Shown in pieces: positions 1 through 6,463 of a stretch of 32,000 nt of DNA. The notes beneath the pieces were generated by a model. That model did not search any database. It saw only the letters and a list, made by a program, of their open reading frames with translations, and was not told where the DNA came from. The translations under genes were made by a program, and so were the position numbers. The DNA comes from Megasphaera elsdenii DSM 20460 (lineage in GTDB: Bacteria; Bacillota; Negativicutes; Veillonellales; Megasphaeraceae): contig NZ_CP027570.1 of assembly GCF_003010495.1 (NCBI RefSeq), positions 540,001-572,000 of the forward strand, written 5' to 3'. How positions within the stretch are numbered: position 1 is the stretch's first letter; every line of letters starts with the position of its first letter.

Positions 1-11
1 ACACGATTTAC

Positions 12-1520
12 TTGAACAATATATATGATATATACGTAGGACTATACTTTTTTGCTATCTTTTTCTGCCTGAACATGATTGTCCGGCAGTACATCCCCCA
101 CAAAACCGGAGCGGTCTTCATGACGATCGTCCAGTTCGCGGCCTTCTTCGTCATCCTGCTCCAGTGGGTCTACTATTTCCTTTACAACTCGTCGATCACG
201 ACATCCGGCGCCTTGCTCATCTTCCAGACGGGCCCGGCTGAGACCCTGGAATACTTCCATTCCCTGGGGCTGTTCAAGGTAGCCGCCATCGTCATCGTCC
301 TGGCCCTGATTTTGGCAGGACTGTTCCTCTTGAACTATCGCCAGCGCGTCCTGCCCAGGACCCACGTCTACCGCAAGGTCCTCCCTATCGTCTCGCTGCT
401 GCTCATCATCGCCCCGTCCGTCGGCGCCTTGAGCGAAGAAATCTTCCCGGAAGCCTTTCCGATCCGGACCTTCATCGACACACACGACTATATGAAGCGG
501 TCGGCTATGTACGCCGAAAACCATGACGACAAATACACCGCCCTCCAGGCCGTCCAGCTCCATCCGGCCGACTACCCCAACACGGTCATCGTCGTCATCG
601 GCGAATCGGAAACGCGGACCCTCATGAACGCCTATAATCCGGACCACGTGCCCAATACGCCGTGGCTGACGGCGATGAAATCCAACCCGGACTTCACACT
701 GTTCACCAACGCCTACAGCTGCGTCTGGTACACCGTCCCCGTCCTGGAACACGCCCTGACGGAATCGAATTTCTACAACGACAAGCCCTTCAACGAATCC
801 ATTTCCATCATCGACATGGCCAAGAAAGCCGGCTATAAGACGTACTGGTTCAGCAACCAGGGTTCTGTCGGCGTCGCCGATACGCCTATCACCTTGGTGG
901 CCAATACGGCAGATGTCTCCGAATGGGTCGACCGGGACCTGAAGGAATCGACGCTGGACGGCGCCCTCCTGCAGTTCCTCAAGCGCGTCGATCCCAAGGA
1001 AAAGAACTTCGTCGTCCTCCACATCATGGGCAGCCATATCGAATACCGCAACCGCTACCCCAAGGAATTTCAGAAATTCAATGACGGCAAGATCAACCAG
1101 GAAGCCGATTTCGACAATACCGTCCTCTATACGGACTGGGTCCTGTCGCAGATTTACGACTACGCCCGGGACAACCTCCATCTCGACGCCATGGTTTACT
1201 TCTCGGACCACGGCAGCGATCCCGACGTCGCCCGCCAGCCCGACAGCGCCAGCTTCAAGGTCCTGCGCATCCCCATGTTCTGCTACCTGTCCGACGCCTA
1301 CCAGAAGCGCAATCCCGATGTCGTCAAAGCCATCAAGGCCAATAAAGACAAGTACTTCACGAACGACCTGGAATACGAATTTATCTGCGGCGTCCTAAAC
1401 ATGCAGTCGCCGAACTACGACCCGGCCATGTCCATCGCCTCGTCGAAATGGAGCATGGAACGGAAAGACCTGAAGACCCGCTTCGGCAAGACCAGCCTCA
1501 TGGAGGACACAGAATATTAG
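12..1520 (+). CDS. Phosphoethanolamine transferase / sulfatase-like (alkaline phosphatase superfamily) integral membrane protein
   Basis: 502-aa ORF. The hydrophobic multi-helix N-terminus (about 150 aa) is followed by a soluble domain with VIVVIGESETR, HIMGSH and YFSDHG motifs typical of EptA/CptA-type transferases. The listed start is TTG and the frame stays open to position 1, so the N-terminus may lie outside the window. Confidence 0.75.
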   Translation: MNNIYDIYVGLYFFAIFFCLNMIVRQYIPHKTGAVFMTIVQFAAFFVILLQWVYYFLYNSSITTSGALLIFQTGPAETLEYFHSLGLFKVAAIVIVLALILAGLFLLNYRQRVLPRTHVYRKVLPIVSLLLIIAPSVGALSEEIFPEAFPIRTFIDTHDYMKRSAMYAENHDDKYTALQAVQLHPADYPNTVIVVIGESETRTLMNAYNPDHVPNTPWLTAMKSNPDFTLFTNAYSCVWYTVPVLEHALTESNFYNDKPFNESISIIDMAKKAGYKTYWFSNQGSVGVADTPITLVANTADVSEWVDRDLKESTLDGALLQFLKRVDPKEKNFVVLHIMGSHIEYRNRYPKEFQKFNDGKINQEADFDNTVLYTDWVLSQIYDYARDNLHLDAMVYFSDHGSDPDVARQPDSASFKVLRIPMFCYLSDAYQKRNPDVVKAIKANKDKYFTNDLEYEFICGVLNMQSPNYDPAMSIASSKWSMERKDLKTRFGKTSLMEDTEY

Positions 1521-1533
1521 GAGCCTGCGGCTC

Positions 1534-1596
1534 CGTGGGTCGTGAACCGTGGACCGTAAGTCGTCTTCGCCAAACGAACCACGCCAAACGAATCAC
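1534..1596. repeat. 7-nt-period repeat array (CGTGGGT CGTGAAC CGTGGAC CGTAAGT CGTCTTC / GCCAAAC GAACCAC GCCAAAC GAATCAC), two partly complementary halves
   Basis: Direct reading shows CGT recurring every 7 nt in the left half. The right half is the reverse-complement style (..CAC/..AAC every 7 nt). It lies between the stop codon and the terminator. Confidence 0.7.
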
Positions 1597-1597
1597 G

Positions 1598-1631
1598 AAA
1601 AGAGCTTATCGCTACGCGACAAGCTCTTTTT
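1598..1631 (+). terminator. Rho-independent terminator (TGTCGC-core family, one A/C mismatch)
   Basis: AAAAGAGCTTATCGC-TAC-GCGACAAGCTCTTTT followed by T. A-tract on the left, T-tract on the right. Confidence 0.75.
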
Positions 1632-1682
1632 ATTTGGAGTATAATAGAACTAACACCACATTTTCCCAAAGGAGGTATTTCT

Positions 1683-3044
1683 ATGGAACATGCTTGTGTC
1701 GCAGCCGGGTTATTTCCCCATCCGCCGATTATGCTGCCGGAAATCGGCGGCGATGAGCTGCAAAAGATAGCATCTACGGTACGGGCTGTCCAGGCAGCGG
1801 CCCGATTGATTGTCAGCCAGAAACCGGAAACACTGGTCATCATGTCGCCTCATAACTACGTCTTCCCCGACGGGGCGACGCTCTTGGAGGCGCCCCGCCT
1901 GTATGGCAACCTCGATGCCTTTGGCTATCCGGAACTGGCCATGGATGTCCGCACCGACATGGATCTGGCCGAAGAAATCTTTGAAATCGCCGCCCCGAAA
2001 ACCGATATCTACCGCCTCGACGCGGCCTGGAGCGACCGTTTCGGCCATCCCCTCTACGTCGACCAGGGTACATTCGTCCCCTTATACTACCTGCGCCAGG
2101 CCGGCTTCACGGGCCAAGTCGTACTCATGGCGCCGCGCTTCGATGACTACGACAGCATGAGCCTGTTAGGGGACCTCGTCGTCCAGGCCGCTGCCCGCCT
2201 GGGCCGGCGTATCGCCATCGTCGCGTCCGGTGACTTGTCGCACCGCCTCCTGCCCGGTTCGCCCAACGGCTATACGCCAAAAGGGGCCGTCTTCGACAAG
2301 ACCGTCATGGAAGCCCTGCAGAAACAGGACCCGGCCATCCTCAAGACCCTGAGCCGCAACCTCATCGACGAAGCCGGCATGTGCGGCCTGCCGTCGGTGT
2401 ACTTTCTCTTCGGCGCCCTGCGCCATTTCCGTCCGGTCATGCCGGTCTATTCCTATGAAGGCCCCTTCGGCGTCGGCTATGGCGTCGCCTTATACCTGCC
2501 GGAAGGCCAGGAAAAACGGGCTGAAGAACCGGCTGTCGCCGACATCCGCGTCCGCCTGGCCCGGGAAAGCATCGCCTACTACTTGAAGCATCACAGCCTG
2601 ATGACCGTCCCCAAGGACCTGCCCGAAGACTTGCAGGACAAGGCCGGCGCCTTCGTATCCCTCCACAAGGGGAGCCGCCTGCGCGGCTGCATCGGCACCT
2701 TCCTGCCCATGCAGATGAACATTGCCAGCGAAATCATCCACAATGCCGTATCCGCTGCCACCAGGGACCCGCGGTTCTATCCGGTCAGCCTGGACGAGCT
2801 GAAAGACATCGATATTTCCGTCGACGTCCTGGGCCAGCCCGAAGCCGTCGCTTCGCCAGCTGACCTGGACCCCAAGAAATACGGGGTCATCGTCATGAGC
2901 CATGCCCAGACAGGCCTGCTCCTCCCCGACCTGGAAGGCGTCGACACGGTCCAGCAGCAGATTGCCATCGCCAAGGAAAAGGCCGGCATCCCGCCGCAAA
3001 TCCGGCCGGACCTCTACCGCTTCACGGTCACGCGCTATAAGTAG
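1683..3044 (+). CDS. AmmeMemoRadiSam system fusion protein: N-terminal class III extradiol dioxygenase (LigB)/Memo-like domain + C-terminal AMMECR1 domain
   Basis: 453 aa. The N-terminal part has PHPP, MSPHNY, SGDLSHRL and GMCGLP motifs. The C-terminal part has LRGCIGTF, DPRFYP and GLLLPD (AMMECR1 signature). SD AAAGGAGG lies 7 nt before the ATG. Confidence 0.85.
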   Translation: MEHACVAAGLFPHPPIMLPEIGGDELQKIASTVRAVQAAARLIVSQKPETLVIMSPHNYVFPDGATLLEAPRLYGNLDAFGYPELAMDVRTDMDLAEEIFEIAAPKTDIYRLDAAWSDRFGHPLYVDQGTFVPLYYLRQAGFTGQVVLMAPRFDDYDSMSLLGDLVVQAAARLGRRIAIVASGDLSHRLLPGSPNGYTPKGAVFDKTVMEALQKQDPAILKTLSRNLIDEAGMCGLPSVYFLFGALRHFRPVMPVYSYEGPFGVGYGVALYLPEGQEKRAEEPAVADIRVRLARESIAYYLKHHSLMTVPKDLPEDLQDKAGAFVSLHKGSRLRGCIGTFLPMQMNIASEIIHNAVSAATRDPRFYPVSLDELKDIDISVDVLGQPEAVASPADLDPKKYGVIVMSHAQTGLLLPDLEGVDTVQQQIAIAKEKAGIPPQIRPDLYRFTVTRYK

Positions 3045-3052
3045 GTGACATC

Positions 3053-3904
3053 ATGGAAGCCGCTTATTACGATATCGCCAAAGACGGCCGGGCAGCCTGC
3101 CGCCTTTGCCCTCATCACTGCTCCATCGCGCCGGGCCATCGCGGCCGCTGCCAGACCCGCTATTATGACGGCCATACCCTCCAGGCCCTGAATTACGGCC
3201 AATGCACGGCCCTGGCTCTGGATCCGATTGAAAAGAAGCCACTGGCCTATTTCCATCCCGGCTCGCGCATCTTGTCCCTCGGTTCATGGGGCTGCAATTT
3301 CACCTGTCCCTTCTGTCAGAACTGGCAGATTTCCCAGCAAGAAGCACCGTACCGGGATCTGACGCCGGAACAGGCCCTGGCCCTGGCCAAAAGCTGCACG
3401 GACAACGGCAACATCGGCCTGGCTTATACCTACAACGAACCGTCGCTCAGTTATGAATTTATCGCCAGGACAGCCCGCCTTATCCACGAAGCGGGACTGG
3501 TCAACGTCATGGTCAGCAACGGCTATATCGAAAAGGAACCGCTCCAGGCCCTGCTGCCTTATATCGATGCCTGGAACATCGACCTCAAAGGGTTCTCCCA
3601 GGCCTTCTACCATTCCCTCTGCGGCGCATCGCTCCAGCCCGTCCTGAATACGATTGCCGCTGCTGCCACCGTGAGCCACGTCGAAGTGACGACGCTGATC
3701 ATCCCCGGCGAAAATGACGACCCGGCCCAGATGGACGCCGAAGCCCGCTGGCTGGCCGCCCTCTCGCCGGACATCCCGCTGCACCTGACCCGCTATTTCC
3801 CGCAGTACCACTGGTCCGCACCGATGACACCGTTACAGACGATGGAACAGCTGCAATCAATAGCCCGCCAGCATCTCCATTGTGTCCATTTGGGCAATGT
3901 ATAG
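3053..3904 (+). CDS. AmmeMemoRadiSam system radical SAM enzyme (PflA-like activase family)
   Basis: 283 aa with CNFTCPFC (CX3CX2C) plus an N-terminal CRLCPHHC..C cluster. It starts 8 nt after the upstream stop, and the SD AGGTGA overlaps that stop. Confidence 0.85.
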   Translation: MEAAYYDIAKDGRAACRLCPHHCSIAPGHRGRCQTRYYDGHTLQALNYGQCTALALDPIEKKPLAYFHPGSRILSLGSWGCNFTCPFCQNWQISQQEAPYRDLTPEQALALAKSCTDNGNIGLAYTYNEPSLSYEFIARTARLIHEAGLVNVMVSNGYIEKEPLQALLPYIDAWNIDLKGFSQAFYHSLCGASLQPVLNTIAAAATVSHVEVTTLIIPGENDDPAQMDAEARWLAALSPDIPLHLTRYFPQYHWSAPMTPLQTMEQLQSIARQHLHCVHLGNV

Positions 3905-3945
3905 GCTGGTCGCCATACGTTAAACGATTATTGTCAACTTTAAAC

Positions 3946-3973
3946 TTGTATACTGGCCATGGCATGATATAAT
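3946..3973 (+). promoter_or_regulatory. Candidate sigma70-type promoter for the LarA homolog (extended -10)
   Basis: -35 TTGTAT (3946-3951), 16-nt spacer, TGaTATAAT with -10 at 3968-3973. Confidence 0.45.
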
Positions 3974-4020
3974 AAGGTACAATTTGTTTTTTTATTTTTA
4001 AAAAGAAGTGGTGGTACAAA

Positions 4021-5328
4021 ATGGCATTAAAAGAATTTACGTTCAATATTGGTGAAAATACACAGTCCGTCATGCTCCCGGAAGAACACATCGTCGGCGT
4101 CATGGAAGGCAAACACGTCCCGGCTGTCGATGTCAAACAGGCGACGATCGACTGCATGCGTCATCCGATCGGCAGCGCCCCGTTGCAGGAAAAAGTCCAG
4201 AAGGGCGATAAAGTCTGCCTCGTCGTCGCTGACGTCACCCGTACGTGGAACCATTCAAATCAATTCCTCATCTACATCATCGACGAATTGAACCTGGCCG
4301 GCATCCCTGATGACGACATCTGCATTGTCTTCGCTCAGGGTTCGCACCGCGCCCAGACGCCGGAAGAAGACGTCCGCGTCTGCGGTGAAGAAGTCATCCG
4401 CCGCATCAAAACCTATCAGCATGACTGCATGGACCCTACCCTCGTCGACTGCGGCACGACCAAGCTCGGCACGCCGTTGAAACTCAACAAACACGTTGTC
4501 GACGCCGACAAAGTCATCATCGTCGATGGCATTACGACCCATCTCTTCGCCGGTTACGGCGGCGGCCGCAAACTCATCCTGCCCGGCGTTTCCGGTTTCG
4601 AAACGATCCAGCGCAACCACTGCCACGCTCTGGCTGACGAATTTGGTCACGGCATCAACCCCAAGACGCGGGCCCTCAAGATTGACGACAACCCGCTCAA
4701 CGACGACATGGTCGAAGCCTGCAGCAAGATCAATCCGTGCTTCCTCGTCCACTCCGTCATCAACGGCGACGGCGAAATCTGCCGCATGGTCGGCGGTGAC
4801 TGGTACGACGCATGGCGGGCTGGCACCGAAGCCGTCCTCGACATCCAGCGCGTCCCGATGAAAGAAAAAGCAGACGTCGTCATCGCCTGCGCCGGCGGCT
4901 ATCCCAGCGACGTCAGCCTCTACCAGGGCTGCAAATGCTATGACCCGGCTGAAATGGCTGTCAAAGACGGCGGAGTCATCATCGCCATCATGGAAGCCCG
5001 TGACATCAAAGAACCGGCTATCTACATGGACAGCTTCAAATACGATACGATGGAAGAAATGGAAACGGCCCTGCGGGCACACTTCACCATCCCCTTCTTC
5101 GTCGCCTTCAACCTCTTCTGCCTGACCCATAAAGACACGGTCATCCTGGTCACGCTGCCGCGCAACTTCGACGACATCCGCCGCACCGGCCAGATTCCGG
5201 TCGCCACCGTCCAGGAAGCTTGGGACCTGGCTCAGCAAAAACTGAAAGAACAGGGCAAAGATAAAGATTACACCATCAACATCATGCCCCATGCCACCAA
5301 AGTCATGCCGATTTTGCAGGAAAAATAA
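4021..5328 (+). CDS. larA: Nickel-pincer-cofactor-dependent 2-hydroxyacid (lactate) racemase family protein, LarA homolog
   Basis: 435 aa. Motifs AQGSH(109)R, TTH(174)LFAGYGGGRK(184) and QRNH(200) match the catalytic His pair, the cofactor-tethering Lys and the Ni-ligand His of LarA as I remember them. Confidence 0.85.
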   Translation: MALKEFTFNIGENTQSVMLPEEHIVGVMEGKHVPAVDVKQATIDCMRHPIGSAPLQEKVQKGDKVCLVVADVTRTWNHSNQFLIYIIDELNLAGIPDDDICIVFAQGSHRAQTPEEDVRVCGEEVIRRIKTYQHDCMDPTLVDCGTTKLGTPLKLNKHVVDADKVIIVDGITTHLFAGYGGGRKLILPGVSGFETIQRNHCHALADEFGHGINPKTRALKIDDNPLNDDMVEACSKINPCFLVHSVINGDGEICRMVGGDWYDAWRAGTEAVLDIQRVPMKEKADVVIACAGGYPSDVSLYQGCKCYDPAEMAVKDGGVIIAIMEARDIKEPAIYMDSFKYDTMEEMETALRAHFTIPFFVAFNLFCLTHKDTVILVTLPRNFDDIRRTGQIPVATVQEAWDLAQQKLKEQGKDKDYTINIMPHATKVMPILQEK

Positions 5329-5340
5329 CGAAGTTATTTT

Positions 5341-5469
5341 TCCCGTAGGGGACGCCCAGAGGGCGTCCCGCCTGATTCCACAATCCCGTAGGGGACGCCC
5401 AGAGGGCGTCCCGCCTGATTCCATAATCCCGTAGGGGTCGCCCAAAGGGCGACCCGCTTGATTCCATAA
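5341..5469 (+). repeat. Three tandem direct copies of a 43-bp GTAG-headed REP-like hairpin element; a degenerate partial 4th copy runs to about 5481
   Basis: Unit TCCCGTAGGGGACGCCCAGAGGGCGTCCCGCCTGATTCCA(C/T)AA at 5341, 5384 and 5427. Each has a 9-bp stem GGGACGCCC/GGGCGTCCC. Copy 3 carries the paired change GGGTCGCCC/GGGCGACCC. Confidence 0.9.
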
Positions 5470-5476
5470 TCCCGCA

Positions 5477-5525
5477 GGGGGCTGTCGCACGAAGGCTTTT
5501 ACCATCATGAAAGGCCCCTTTCTCT
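5477..5525 (+). repeat. Degenerate terminator-like hairpin element, paralogous to 7782-7829
   Basis: Shares the core TGTCGCACGAAGGCTT(T/C)T(A/G)CCATCATG (2 differences in 27 nt) and a GGCCC..TTTCT tail with the element at 7782-7829. Confidence 0.7.
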
Positions 5526-5530
5526 CGAAA

Positions 5531-5551
5531 GTTTGTAGTACGGAGTTTGTA
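5531..5551 (+). repeat. Short 7-nt-period array GTTTGTA GTACGGA GTTTGTA
   Basis: Direct reading. It occupies the same position relative to the preceding hairpin as the array at 7835. Confidence 0.5.
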
Positions 5552-5555
5552 AAAG

Positions 5556-5588
5556 AAGGCGCTGTCTTCATGCGACAGCGCCTTTTTT
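5556..5588 (+). terminator. Rho-independent terminator (TGTC core family)
   Basis: AAGGCGCTGTC-TTCATGC-GACAGCGCCTTTTTT. Confidence 0.85.
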
Positions 5589-5657
5589 ATTATTCCCAAA
5601 GGCTATACTTATCCATTCCTTGATGCATAAGTGACATAATATATTTTCGTATATCTC

Positions 5658-5686
5658 ATGACAAACGTAAAATCCTATGCTATAAT
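5658..5686 (+). promoter_or_regulatory. Candidate promoter for the cupin gene
   Basis: -35 ATGACA (5658-5663), 17-nt spacer, -10 TATAAT (5681-5686). Confidence 0.5.
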
Positions 5687-5752
5687 ATAGCCAAGAGATG
5701 CGAAAGGAATGGCAAGCAAGTTCCCCTTCCTTTGTAAGCGCATTAGAAAGGG

Positions 5753-6088
5753 GTGAGTCCAGTGGAAATAGAGAAAGTAGAACATGCCTCCGGCGGTAAG
5801 GGGTACATCTTGAAGAAAAAACTTCTGAGCGCCACCGAGCTGAAGGATAAAGTAGGTATGTTCGCCGAAATCACATTGAAACCTGGATGTTCCTTAGGCT
5901 ATCACGTTCACAGTGACAACGCAGAAGCATATTATATCCTTTCCGGAGAGGGAGAATATGACGACAACGGAGAAATCCGGACCGTTAAACCAGGAGACGT
6001 TACTTACACATCAGATGGTAAGGGTCACAGCTTGGAAAACAAAAGTCAGAACGATTTAGTTTTCATTGCGTTGATCATTAACAACTAA
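5753..6088 (+). CDS. Small cupin-domain protein
   Basis: 111 aa with GYHVHSDNAEAYYILSGEG ... KPGDV ... GHSLEN (two-motif cupin pattern). The in-frame GTG at 5762 has better spacing to the SD GAAAGGGG than the GTG at 5753. Codon usage (GGA, GTA, TTA, ACA, AGT) differs from neighbouring genes. Confidence 0.7.
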   Translation: MSPVEIEKVEHASGGKGYILKKKLLSATELKDKVGMFAEITLKPGCSLGYHVHSDNAEAYYILSGEGEYDDNGEIRTVKPGDVTYTSDGKGHSLENKSQNDLVFIALIINN

Positions 6089-6303
6089 ATAATGTCCATA
6101 GGATCAGCAAGCGTTCGTCGATGAACATTACGAATTAACTTATCTTGATTGAAGTGCTTCGAACTTTTCGAATGGGTGTGATGTTTTTCAAATAGGTTAG
6201 TCTAGTAAATCCAAGCGCAACGAACGATTATTGTTTCACATTTTTGTACGAGGTTAAAGTAACCAGAACCAAAAACGAGATGAATATGAATCCTATAACG
6301 TAG

Positions 6304-6356
6304 AGGACCGGTAGACATATGTCGCGTGTGTATCGGTCCTTTTACGTGTCTTTTTT
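6304..6356 (+). terminator. Candidate rho-independent terminator
   Basis: AGGACCGGTA...TATCGGTCCT 10-bp stem (one G-U pair) followed by TTTACGTGTCTTTTTT. Confidence 0.5.
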
Positions 6357-6378
6357 GCCTTGACTTCTCCCTTCTCCA

Positions 6379-6407
6379 TTGACAGAAACCGTCCCCTCTT
6401 CTATAAT
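6379..6407 (+). promoter_or_regulatory. Consensus-like promoter for the DAACS transporter gene
   Basis: -35 TTGACA (6379-6384), 17-nt spacer, -10 TATAAT (6402-6407). Confidence 0.65.
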
Positions 6408-6463
6408 ATACTGAAACGGTATTCTATAGAATTCGTTTAGATTTATCAAAGGGGGAGACAATC

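Noticed and set aside
42-1211. 389-aa minus-strand ORF antisense to the pEtN transferase gene. There are similar long antisense ORFs across the window: 4255-5571(-), 6704-7720(-), 7858-8814(+), 8867-9472(+), 15003-15677(+), 17868-19832(+), 19929-21263(+), 23456-24025(+), 24086-24925(+), 26427-27389(+), 27566-28801(+) and 31456-31989(-).
   Set aside because: Each lies fully opposite a gene with clear family motifs. Their translations are low-complexity and rich in D, G, R, V and A, with no recognisable motifs. No SD precedes them. Strong C/G-ending codon bias removes stop codons from the antisense frames, so they are shadow ORFs.
5341-5481. Possible CRISPR array, given its regularly repeated palindromic units.
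   Set aside because: The 43-bp units are directly contiguous with no spacers, there are only about 3 copies, and no cas genes are nearby. It is a tandem REP-like repeat, not a CRISPR array.
5303-5599. 98-aa minus ORF and the tail of the 438-aa minus ORF, which encode repeated peptide blocks (…GRPLRD.GIRRDALWASPTG…).
   Set aside because: The peptide repeats are simply the translated 43-bp DNA repeats. The ORFs also span terminator hairpins.
5731-5746. cre-like (CcpA) word TGTAAGCGCATTAG in the cupin 5' UTR, and TGAAACGGTATTCT near 6413 before the transporter gene.
   Set aside because: Both deviate from TGWAANCGNTNWCA at conserved positions (the terminal CA in the first, the central CG and others in the second). 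This is not enough support without a scoring matrix.
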